A stretch of DNA of 64,000 bases from Sphyrna mokarran (lineage: Eukaryota), in contig JAGIQG010000004.1 in NCBI GenBank assembly GCA_024679065.1, forward strand, positions 15,438,001-15,502,000, in the 5' to 3' direction. Shown piece by piece: positions 50,601-62,142 of this stretch. Position 1 is the first letter of the stretch; every line of letters starts with the position of its first letter. The notes beneath the pieces are model-generated. The model was not told the origin of the DNA. It saw nothing but the letters and a program-made list of their open reading frames with translations, and did no database searches. The translations under genes and the position numbers were made by a program.

Positions 50601-53600
50601 AGAGAGATTTTACAGAATATTTATTCCCTTATTGGCCCAGGGATTATGCTAGTTTTTTTTGCCTCTCCCTGGGGCTGCCCATCCTTGCTGAATGCAGTCT
50701 GTATCTAGATCACACCCCTCTGGTATTAACCCTTTACTAGCTGCACTTCACTCCTGAAGTCTTCTTTTCAGCCAATATTTAACTTCACAAAAGCAACATT
50801 TTTTATTGTGTCGGAATTATTAGCTACAATGTTGGGGCAGCTTCTGCAGATACTGTGTGATTACTCACCAAGACTGGTGTTAATTAAGCAAAACAGACTT
50901 TGGGATCATGTTCACCCAGGGATTTACGAATTGACCCAGTTTCACCTCAACCATTCCAAAAAAAGAAATAAGCTCATTAAGACCTTAAAATAATATTCGT
51001 TTGAAAAATCCAATTTAGATGATGAGACAAATATGTTTTGAATCAGCGAGGAATATTTTTTTGGAGTAACTGCATGAAAATTGACGGCATGCAAAATGAT
51101 TTTAACATTAAATAGTATTGTAGGGTCAAAATATTCATGTAAAAATATCAAAATTGTGTCTAATGAAACTTATGGTAAAAAAAGAATGGTGTCATATACA
51201 AGTGAAATATATCTTCACAATTTTTTAGTAGATTAAACTTAGCAACTTGTCAAAAATGAGTTTCGATATACCTCTCTATGCCTGCTAAACTGAGTAATAC
51301 ACTTAATATAACATTCAGCCTGCTCTTGCGCTGATGACATTCCATAATTTGAATTTGAACCTGAAAGGCTTCCTTTTCAGTTCAACTTTCTTATCCTGTC
51401 ACAGGGAAAATCACATAACTTCTTTTCCCTTCATAAGCCCCCCCACTTCAGTCCCTCCAGAAGCTTTTGGTACATGGAAGGATATGAATGAATCTGTGTT
51501 AAAGCCTGTACTTACAGGCAAATCTAGTTAGGCCAGTCAGCCAGACCTGTTATCATCAATTTAGCAAAAAGTTCTGAATGCATCGGAGAGTTTAAGGGAT
51601 AAATGCTTGTTCGCTCCTATTTTTGGGTATGGGACACACTGCTCTTTGAGTTTTGGTATAGGATACACACTTCACGATCCCGCTATTGCTTGCTCCTGTT
51701 GAAGGAGGGAGTTTGCAGCAAACGTTGTCCTGGCTCCTCACCTGATTTCAGCGTACGGATCAAGTGACTTGTGATGCTGGCCTGCTGCACATTCACCAAG
51801 GGGCCTAACAGCTTGTGAGGCAAGTATGCCTTCCAAATAGCTTCCAGCTTTTAGAGGTTGTCTAACCTTTTGAAAGGGGAACTGCACTGAATGAAAGGAG
51901 GTTGCTGCTGATTGCTGCTGTCAGAGTTTGTGTGCAGTTTGGTAGGTCTCATTAAGATATTTGCAGCCTTAACGTAGCTTAGCAGTACTTATTAAGTATT
52001 AGAAAATATATATGCAGGTACAGTAAAAGTCTAAGCTTGGAGCTGTCTCCATTCTTGTTTTTACACATGGCTCTGTCCAACAGAAGGTGCAGATCATGTA
52101 TTCTCTTACATTATTATGTGGGTGGTATGCTACTCAGTCCCATATTAATTCTCATTTGTGCCAGGTCTTTACATGACATCTGCTGCAATTGGAGTAAAGC
52201 GAACTAGAACACCAGTGCAGAGGGAGCGCTCCATACTTCACAGATGCTGTCCAAGAGATCTCCATTATGGTGATGAAGCAGATTTAACTCAGGCATTGCT
52301 CCTGGTTCAGATGGAGATGTGAAAAGTGCTGTCAGAAATCCTGTTGCCAGTAAGACCCTGTGGAGACAGCCTTCTTTTCCACCCCCTGCCCCCCAACCCT
52401 CACCTTTTCTCATCTCTCCCCCCAATCCGCCACTGGCACACCAACTTTCTGTGACCTTTGTTCAATTTCTTTGTTATATTGTAGGCCCAGAGGCATCACT
52501 GCAGCGATATGCGTGACTTGGTGGGCACAGGTGACCAAATCCTCTGCCCTCCTTAAATAGATGGACCAGCTCACCAAGGAATCTCTAATGGTATATTTGC
52601 AGTACCCCTGTCAATCCTGCCACAGCAAGAGGAAGTTAAAAGCATCCCAGCTTTTTCACTTGGATGCCAGATCCCTTCAACAGTATGGGTTTGAAGGGTT
52701 CTTTGTGCGCTAAATCCATGTTTAGCTAAGAGTGATTGGTATGGAGATTCTGTGAACATCCATAAACCAATTTTCAGGAACTTACATTAACAGCTGTTTG
52801 ACATTATTATCCCACCTCATCCTATGCTATGGGACAGACCCACTGCCTGCCTGTTCAAGACCACTGCCCATCAATGTGACCTGCGACAAGTTATTTGTAA
52901 CACTGACACCAACAGCACAACAGAGCCCAATTTCACATCCAAAAATGTTACAAGTCACAAAGAAATCATCATTAATATCCACATTATTATTTTCATCCAA
53001 GGAATAGCAAGGTGAAAACTGACCAATCATTGGCATGAGGCAATATTATCGACACACAACTTTAAAGCCAGCAATGTTAGATCAGGTGCAAATCTTCAAA
53101 GATCAAGCCATCAAAGTAAAAGTGTAGGTGGTAGCCAAAAACAACATCTGAAGGAAGTTAGCCAGCTCTATCTGGGGAGCACTTACAAACAACTGCCCTT
53201 GCTCTGAGCTATGTTCAGCAGCTGAAAATGCCTGCCCAGTCTGAGAACACTCTCCCCATGCCAAGAAGGATTTCTTCCTCAACACAGCTTGTGTCTGAAA
53301 CCTACTAAAGAGATGTTTTTGTTTGTTGGTAAAGTTTTACCCACCATAAGGAGGCAAGTTAGGTGAAGAGTAGAATGGATAAAGCAGACCAGCCTCTCTT
53401 CCAGGAAGAGACAGCAACAAGGCCTCAAGTCAAGGGGCAGTTTTTTCAGTTTGTAACCATCCCCCCTAGCAACATCCCCCACCCTGCCACCCCCCAGAAC
53501 ACCAAGGCTTCAATCATGCTGGTAAGATATCAGCAGATAAAGGCATGGGAATTGTCTAACAACCAGAAGAATCTGTCTCATCAAGAGCTAGAGAAACAAG

Positions 53601-53699
53601 ACGATAAGATGTGTCTCAATTGTGTATCAGCTGCTGAAATGCTCTTAGGCAGAAGTGAGAATATGGCCAAATGTATTCATGCCAAAGGAGATGTTTTCA

Positions 53700-54010
53700 C
53701 TAGTTAGAGATTAGAACTCGAGGGCACAATCTCAAAGTGAAGGGATGCTCCTTTCAAACTTAGATGAGGAGGAATTTCTTCAGCCAGAGAGTGGTGAATC
53801 TGTGGAACTTATTGCCACAGAAGGCTGTGGAGACCAGGTCATTGAGTGTCTTTAAGACTGAGATTGATAAATCCTTGATCAATAAGGGGATTAAAGTTTA
53901 ATGGGAGAAGGCAGGAGAGTGGGAATGACAAACATGTCAGCCATGATCGAATGGCAGAGAGGACATAATGGGCCGAATGACCTAATTCTGCTCCTATGTC
54001 TTATAGCCTT
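53700..54010 (+). mobile_element. CR1 3' end
   Basis: ttcttcagccagagagtggtgaatctgtggaa; gggccgaatgacctaattctgctcctatgtctta tail. Confidence 0.85.
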
Positions 54011-54654
54011 ACGTCAGAACTGAGGATCACTCGAAAATTGGAAAGGGTAGAACGAATTTAGTCGACACATATGATGAAAGTTCTTTCTCTGTTTTTCTCG
54101 CTGTTTTTGGTCACCTGCCACTCAGATTTTAGATATAAAAGGACTGGTCAAATCACAAAACATACCTCTGATAGAATGTATGTTTTCTTTAGTGGTGCAG
54201 TACCTTACACTTATCTCTGTTAAATTTCAACTGCCACTGCCCTGAGTATTTACATATCTTCCAAAAGCCTCAGGTGCCTCAATTAGACTCAATTTCCTGT
54301 CATTTAATATCATCTTTGAACTTAGCCACATGCTACTGAGTTTATAATTCATTGATATAAATTATAAACAGTAAGTACTGCTCCTCCTTGGGGCATTCCA
54401 CTATCCTGATATCATTCTTTGAGCAAAAGTACTGGTTTGTTCTCTTCAGCTAGATATTTTCTTTTCCGTATTTTGTCTTTGATTCACACTTCAAAATGTA
54501 TCGCTACCTTTTGTAGTAAACTGGAAGCTCAGATACATGACAAAATAAGGTCATCTGCAAAATGAAACACAATTGGTTGTTCAGTCAGATTGTCCCTTTC
54601 AGAAACTACATTGAAGAACTTAAAGAAAGAATTGCATTTAATTAGCATTTTATT

Positions 54655-55000
54655 ATTTACTTATTAGTGTCACAAGTATGGCTTACATTACAACTTCACT
54701 ACACTGCAGTGAAGTTACTGTGAAAATCCCTTAGTTGCCACACTCTGACGCCCGGTCGGGTACACTGAGGGAGCATTTAGCAGGACCAATACACCTTATC
54801 AGCACGTCTTTTGATCTGTGGGAGGAAACCAAGCTAGTTCCCCTGACAATAGGGTCAATATAGCATGGCCAGTCAACTTAGCCGCACATCTTTGGACTAT
54901 GGGAGGGAACAGAGGCATTCAGAGGAAACCCACACAGACACAGGGAAAACGTGCAAACTCCGCACAGACAGTGATTTGAGGCCAGAATTGAACCTGGCCA
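54655..55000 (-). mobile_element. HE1-like SINE(s), alternative tail, V-domain segment duplicated or nested
   Basis: cac.tcttt.ga..gtgggagg.aac occurs twice (~54803, ~54886). Confidence 0.7.
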
Positions 55001-56539
55001 CAGTGGTACAGTAATCGAAGGTGCTGCTTGCTTGGGATTGTGATCCTATTTAAATAAAATCCAGGAGCTGAAATGGTATTTAGCCTCCTCACTTCTGGAA
55101 CTGGCCAATTCAAACATCTCCCACTCCAGTCATTCAAATTCACTCCAACACCTTGCAATGTAAAACAGAAGCCAAGATTCTCAAATTAACATTATGCTAA
55201 CACCAGCAGTAATCCCCATTTAAAACAAATAAACATGCTGCCACTGATGTCAAAACAATGCCAATCGGGATACCTCGCTGGTCAGTTAATTACTCCTGGA
55301 AGTGTTTGGGGATAGAATTGATGTGTCCTTACATAGAGAATGAAATTGAAACACAGAAGTCAGATAAAGCGCTGGGTTCAGAAGCACCACATGCCAATAT
55401 TACCATTGCAATAAAACTAAAAGGCCAGGAAGCATATGGGATTTGCACTTGCATTGAATTCTATGTGTATAGCGATAAAGGAAGCAGTGTGTAGTTTATT
55501 AGCTTACCGCATGCTGAGCCTGATTAAGTATTGTGCTGCCAGTTGTTTCGAACTAAGTCTGAAGTGTGTCAAGAAAAGGCACGGCGAGGTTTTAGCAGTC
55601 AGGTAGCGTCAGATGTGACTGCTGGTTAATAAGCGTAGACAAACAGGATGTTTCACAGTGGACAGGCCTTGATTGAAACCAAATGCATTGTTAAAGCAGA
55701 GTTACTGGACACTAGCAGTCAGCGCCCAGTGGGGAGGCTCATAATGGCAGCGAAGCCAGCCCTTCCCCTACTGCCCTCCAACACAGCAGGACAGCACAGT
55801 GTGGGGTTATCAAGTGTAGCCCATGTGGCCACATGGTTCAGCCTGATTTGCCCCCCAGCAGGGGACCAGATTGAAATAAAGCTGAAATTCAGTCTCACTA
55901 TCCTGGCCCAGTAGGGAAATTGGTGCCATGTGCAGTGATTGCTACCTTGGGAGTAAACAAATGTTGTGGCCCTGGGGGAAAAAAAAAGCTTTATGAGACA
56001 AATTGTTGCTGGTACCATGGACAGAGAGCACAGAATACCAGATGTGTTTTTTGTTTAGATAAGGGAAGTGAGCGGAATCATTTCACTTGACTCCATTTGA
56101 TGCTGCTTTAGAATGGGTGTGACTTTATCTCTATTAAAGCTTCCATGCTGATCCGCAGCCTTATCTGGAGACGTTTGCTTTTTGCAAATGTTCTTGATTA
56201 ATTTCTTCAGTTGAGAGAGGGAGATTTCTGACATGTGAAATGAATGTGACGGTTCCTAGTGAGGGGACGGTGCTGGCTGCATTTATCTTTGTCCACAAAA
56301 AAGTAACCACTTGCTTTGTGTGGAACACTTCAAGTGTTACATAAACATATGATCAACGGGCAGCTGAAGAGTTAAAGAAGATCCGTGCGTTCTTTTTCTT
56401 ACTGCGCAATCTCTGATAGCCCTTCAACAATGTCCGCCTCTGCAATATACCTGTGCTCTTTTCATTCTGACCTTTTGTACATCTCTGATTTTAACCACTC
56501 CAACATTCACAGCTGCACTTTAAATTTGATTTATCAATC

Positions 56540-57275
56540 TCACAAGAAGGCTTACATTAACGCTGCATTGAACAAAGAACAAAGAAAATTGCAGCTCAGG
56601 AACAGGCTCTTCAGTCCTCCAAGCCTGCACTGACCATGCTGCCCGACCTAACTAAAACTGCCTATGCTTCCGATGACCATATTCCTCTATTCCCATCTCA
56701 TTCATGTACTTGTCAAGACGCACTTTGAAAGTCACTACTATATCCACTTCCATTACCTCCTCCAACAACAACTTCCAGGCACTCATCACCTTCTGTAAAA
56801 AATTTACCTTGTACATCTCCTTTAAACTTTGCCTCTCGCACTTTAAACCTGTACTCCCTAGTAATTGACTCTTCCACCCTGGGAATAAGCTTCTGACTAT
56901 CCATTCTGTCCATGCCTCTCACAATCTTGTAGGTTTCTATCAGGTCTACCCTTAATCTACATCGCTCCAGTGAGAACAAATCAAATTTCTCCAACCTCTC
57001 CTCATAGCTGTCAAGAAATTATTCTTAAAACTCCCTCGTTGCCACAGTCCAGCAACTGTTCGGGTACACTGAGGGAAAATACAGCATGGCCAATGCACCT
57101 AAACAGCATTCTGTTAACCTGTGGGAGGAAACTGGAGCACCTGAAGGAAACCCATGCAGACACAGGAAGAACATGCAGGCTTAACACAGACAGTCACCCA
57201 AGTCACGACAGAACGTGTGTCCCTGGCATTGTGGGGCAGCAGTGCTAATTACTTTGCCACTGTTCAGTTGCCCAG
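56540..57275 (-). mobile_element. HE1-like SINE split by a CR1 3' fragment (56568-57010, minus)
   Basis: SINE tail at 56540-56568, CR1 LFSLERCRLRVDLIETYK..KFKGDVQGKFFT, SINE resumes ~57015. Confidence 0.82.
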
Positions 57276-57862
57276 GGCACATCTTCTGGAATTTCCTCTC
57301 TGTACCTCATTCTCCTTCTCTCAGATATTGCTACAGGCCTCCCTCTTTGACCAAGATCTAACCGAATACCTCCTTATATGGCTCAGTTTAATTCTTGGTT
57401 TTAGCATGCTCCTGTGGCGCACCTTTGGAGATTTCCATTACGTTAAAGGTGCTATATACATACAAGTTGCTGTTTTCTGTTTGCTGCCATGTTGAAGAAT
57501 GTGGTAAATGCGTAGAAACGTTCATATTTTTAAACCACTACATTGTTTAGACAAAGTTGCTCCGACTTGGCTTTGAGCTGAGCCGATAGCCTGCCATTTA
57601 CAGATAGGAGCTGGAATTTTCTGGCCGTTTACACTCTGCAAGTGAAGCCAGAGAATTTGGCGCTCAGCCAAATGTCAGTTCACCGCAGCGAGATCAGGAA
57701 ATCCCACTGGCTTGAACAGCAGGAAAATTCCACCCAGAATCTTTATTAAATTATTTCAAATGGGATCCTGGCAGAGTTTCTGACTATCAGTTAGTGTTGC
57801 TCAAGCCATGCAAACTCCACCAGTGGTCCTAGTTGTAGAGCGGCTTAATAACTAGCCCTGCG

Positions 57863-58447
57863 ATGCTATCTCCGTGGAAACCACAATGTCAGAGATCCCT
57901 CTGGGAATCAATTCCCCCATTAAAGATTGGATCCAAGGAAGGCCTGGTAATTGGAGACTCCATAGTTAGGGGGACAGATAGGAAAGTAAATAGTAATAAA
58001 CGGGACTCAGGGCTGGTGTGTTGCCTCCCAGGGGCCGGGGTCCAGGATGTCTCAGAGCGGGTTTTTAAGATTCTTAAGGGAGAGGGCAGTCAACCTCAAG
58101 TCATAGTTCATGTAGGGACACATAATGTAGGTAGGACAAGGGAAGGTGATATTAAACAGAAATTTATGGAGTTGGGGTGGAAGCTTAGGGCCAAAACAGA
58201 CAGAGTGACTATCTCTGGACTCTTGCCTGTGCCACGGGATAGTTTAGAGAAGAACAGAGAGAGGGAATGTTTGAACTCGTGGCTGCGGGGATGGTGCAGG
58301 AGGGAGGGGTTCAGGTTCCTGAACAATTGGGACTCATTCTGGGATAGGTGGGACCTCTACAAGAGAGATGGTCTACACCTGAACCAGAGGGGAACCAATA
58401 TCTTGGGGGGAAAATTTGCAAAGGCTATGCAGGGGGCTTTAAACTGA
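57863..58447 (+). CDS. CR1 LINE ORF1 C-terminal SGNH/GDSL esterase domain
   Basis: LVIGDS (block I), VHVGTHN (block III), DGLHLN (DxxH) in an open 194-aa ORF; precedes CR1 ORF2 remnants. Confidence 0.85.
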   Translation: MLSPWKPQCQRSLWESIPPLKIGSKEGLVIGDSIVRGTDRKVNSNKRDSGLVCCLPGAGVQDVSERVFKILKGEGSQPQVIVHVGTHNVGRTREGDIKQKFMELGWKLRAKTDRVTISGLLPVPRDSLEKNRERECLNSWLRGWCRREGFRFLNNWDSFWDRWDLYKRDGLHLNQRGTNILGGKFAKAMQGALN

Positions 58448-58449
58448 TT

Positions 58450-59200
58450 CAGAGGGGGGGGGTGGGGGGGGGGGGTGGGGGGGGGGGGGGGGGGGGGGGA
58501 GTAGCAGAGAAAAAGGGGAGGGTTGTCCTTGGGGGGGGGGGAAAAAGTGTTGGAGAAGAGAGGGGGGGGGGAGAAGGGAAGGAAGGGGGAAAAGAGGAGG
58601 GATAGAAGGGCGGGAGAGGAAAGAGGGAGGTGGAAGGGAGGAGGGAGGGGGAAGAGGAAAGTGGGGGGAGGGGAAAATTAACGGTGGGCAGATGTTGCCG
58701 CCGTGGTATGGAAGGCAGGTCTTATGAAGAGAGGCTAGAGATTTGAGGTTGTTTTTGTTAAAAAGAAGGCGGCTAAGAGGAGACCTTATTGAAACATATA
58801 AGATGATTAGAGGTTTAGATAGGGTGGACAGTGATAGCCTTTTTCCTAGGATGGAGAAAGCTAGCACGAGGGGAGAAAGTAGGAGCTTGTATAGGAGAAT
58901 TAGGGGAAGGGGGGGGGTGGTAGGAGGGTTGAGTTTAGATGTTATTTTCTTTAACCATATTTTTGTAATTGTATTGTAAATTTCCTTTCCTATTTTCCAT
59001 TTTATATTCGCCAATTTTGTTGTCTTTTAATAGTTTATTAGATATTTTATTGTAATGAATTTTAATTTTTTATTTTTATGATTTTCACGGCTTATTCCTA
59101 ATTTTGTCTGGCTCAAACCATTCTAATTCCTAATTTGCCTTACATTCTTCTCTTGTAATTTTCTATTTTCTATATCTAACTTTCTATGTGTTGTTGAGAG
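58450..59200. other. Low-quality or misassembled segment
   Basis: Poly-G/GA-only run, out-of-order copy of the CR1 3' region (58700-58872 vs ~60520-60685), then T-rich low-complexity sequence. Confidence 0.65.
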
Positions 59201-60956
59201 AGATAGGGCCAGTCATAGACAGCAGGTGGGAAGTTGTGCATGGAGCATGAAGACGATTGCAGAGGCACTGAACAAATATTTTCTTGGTATTCACAAGGGA
59301 GATGTAAATGTAATTGTGGAGAACACTGGGATACAGGGGGGGGGGGGGATTGCAAACTGGAAAGTATGAAGTAGATAGGAGGATGTGCGGATATTCTTGA
59401 GGCGTTGAAGTAGATAAATCCCTGGGACGGACGGATTTACCCTAGGATTCTTGGGAGGCGAGAGAGGTGATGCAGAGCCTCTGGCTCGATCTTCAGGGTC
59501 GTCGTTGGTTACGGGTATAGTGCCGGAAGACTGGAGGATAGCGAAGTGAGTCCCATTGTTCAAGAAGGGGAAGAGAGACTTTACGGTGAATTATAGCCGG
59601 TGAGTCTTACTTCTGTTGTGGGAACAAAGTATTGGAGAGAATATTAGGGATAGGAATGTATAGTTATTTAGAGAGAAATGGAATTGATGGGGGATAGTCA
59701 GCATAGTTTGGGAAGGGTAGGTCGTGCCTTACAACCTTATTGAGTTTTTTGAAAAAGTGACCAAAGAGGTGGATGGGGGTAAGGCAGTTGATGTGGTATA
59801 TATGGACTTTAGTAAGGCGTTCGATAAGGTGCCCCATGGAAGGCTTCTGCAGAAATGCAGATGTATGGGATGAGGGTGATTTAGCTAATTGGATTAGGAA
59901 TTGGCTAGCAGATAGAAGACAGAGGGTGGTGGTTGATGGAAGATATTCATCGTGGAGTTCGGTTACAAGTGGAGTACCTCAGGGATCTGTTTTGGGGCCC
60001 CTGCTGTTTGTAATTGTTATAAATGATCTGGATGAGGGTATTAGGGGATTAGTAAATTTGCGGGGATGACACACAAAGTGGAGAGTGGTAGATAGTGAAG
60101 GGGATGTTATAGTTTGCAGAGAGACTTGGACAAGTTGCCAGAGCTGGGCCGAGAGGTGGCAAATGGAGTTTAATGTGGAAAAGTGTGAGGTAATTCACTT
60201 TGGCAGGAATAACAAATGTGTAGAGTATAGGGCTAATGGTAGGACTCTCAATAGTGTTGATGAACAGAGGGATCTTGGTGTATATGTTAATAGATCCCTG
60301 AAAGTTGGCAATCAAGTCGATAAGGTTGTTAAGAAGGCATATGGAGTCTTAGCTTTTATTGTTAGGGGGATTGAATTTCGGAGCCGCAACGTCATGTTGC
60401 AACTGTACAAAACTCTAGTGCGGCCGCACTTGGAGTATCGTGTGCAGTTCTGGTCCCCACATTATAAGAAAGATGTGGAAGCATTGGAGAGGGTACAGAG
60501 GAGGTTTACCAGGATGTTGCCTGTATGGAAGGCAGGTCTTATGAAGAGAGGCTGAGAGATTTGAGGTGTTTCGTTAGAAAGAAGGCGGCTAAGGGAGACT
60601 TATTAAAACATATAAGATGATTAGAGGTTTAGATAGGGTGGACAGTGATAGCCTTTTCTAGGATGGAGAAAGCTAGCACGAGGGGACATAGCTTTAAATT
60701 AAGGGGTGGTGGTTATAGGACGGATGTCAGAGGTAGGTTCTTTACCCAGAGGGTGGTAAGCGTATGGAATGCCCTGCCTGCGTCAGTTGTAGATGCGCCA
60801 AGTTTGGTGGCGTTTAAGAGGTTAGTAGATAAGCTTATGGATGAAAAGGGAATAGTTTAGATTAGAGGGCCATTGCTTTTCCCTAATTGGTTGGCGCAAC
60901 ATCGAAGGCCGAAGGGCCTGTTCTGCGCTGTAACGTTCTATGTTCTATGTTCTATG
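59200..60956 (+). mobile_element. CR1 ORF2 (RT) and 3' UTR, frameshifted
   Basis: [23 protein letters not shown]; WQMEFNVEKCEVIHFGR; (TTCTATG)n tail. Confidence 0.93.
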
Positions 60957-61066
60957 ACACCAGATTTTCATCCACCCCTTGTGATTGGGATGCGACAATT
61001 TAATTTGAAAGAGACTCCACTTCAGAAACAATTCAAAGCTTTCATGAGTGCCATTGGGCACAATGG

Positions 61067-61360
61067 CACAATGGCACAATGGTTAGCACTGCAGCCTCAT
61101 AGCTCCAGGGACCTCGGTTTGAATCCCGGATTGGGTCACTGTCTGTGTGGAGTTTGCAAATTCTCCCTGTGAGTGCACGGGATTCCTCCGGGTGCTCCAG
61201 TTTCCTCGCACAGCCCAAAAGATTGATTGGCTAAATTTCCCCTTAGTGTCCCGGGACGCTTAGGTTAGAGGGATTAGCGGGATAAATACGTGAAGTTACG
61301 GGAATTGGGTGGGATTGTTGTCATGCAGACTCAATAAGTCGAATGACCTTCTTCTGCACA
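61067..61360 (+). mobile_element. HE1 V-SINE whose tail is split by a CR1
   Basis: Head and V-domain; tail resumes as atatagggattctatgatt at 62152. Confidence 0.85.
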
Positions 61361-61364
61361 ATAT

Positions 61365-62142
61365 AGAACATAGAACATAGAACATTACAGCACAGAACAG
61401 GCCCTTCGGCCTTCGATGTTGCGCCGACCAATATAAAAGCAATGCCCCTCCAAACTAAACCATTCCCTTCTCTTCCATATACTTATCAACTAACCTCTTA
61501 AACGCCACCAAACTTGGCGCATCTACAACTGCTGCAGGCAGGGCATTCCACTCCCGAACCACCCTTTGGGTAAAGAACCTACCTCTGATATCCGTCCTAT
61601 AACTATCACCCCTTAATTTAACGCTGTGTCCCCTCGTGCTAGCTTTCTCCATCCTAGGAAAAAGGCTATCACTGTCCACCCTATCGAAACCTCTAATCAT
61701 CTTATATGTTTCGATAAGGTCCCCTCTTAGCCGCCTCCTTTCTAACGAAAACAACCTCAAATCCCTCAGCCTCTCCTCATACGACCTGCCCTCCATACCA
61801 GGCAACATCCTGGTAAACCTCCTCTGTACCCTCTCCAATGCCTCCACATCTTTCTTATAATGTGGGGACAAGAACTGCACACAATACTCCAAGTGCGGCC
61901 GCACTAGAGTTTTGTACAGTTGCAAAATGACGTTGCGGCTCCGAAATTCAATCCCCCTACCAATAAAAGCTAAGACTCCATATGCCTTCTTAACAACCTT
62001 CTCGACTTGACTGCCTACTTTCAGGGATCTATGCACACACACACCAAGATCCCTCTGTTCATCTAGACTACTAAGAATCCTACCATTTGCCCTATACTCT
62101 ACACATTTATTATTTCTGCCATAGTGCATTACCTCACACTTT
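61365..62142 (-). mobile_element. Young 5'-truncated CR1 with open ORF2 C-terminus
   Basis: Uninterrupted 224-aa ORF 61455..62129; (TAGAACA)n tail; TSD ATATAG 61361-61366/62152-62157. Confidence 0.95.

Noticed and set aside
58348-59014. Gly-rich and Pro-rich ORFs, potential G-quadruplex region
   Set aside because: Coincides with probable low-quality sequence and an out-of-order CR1 piece
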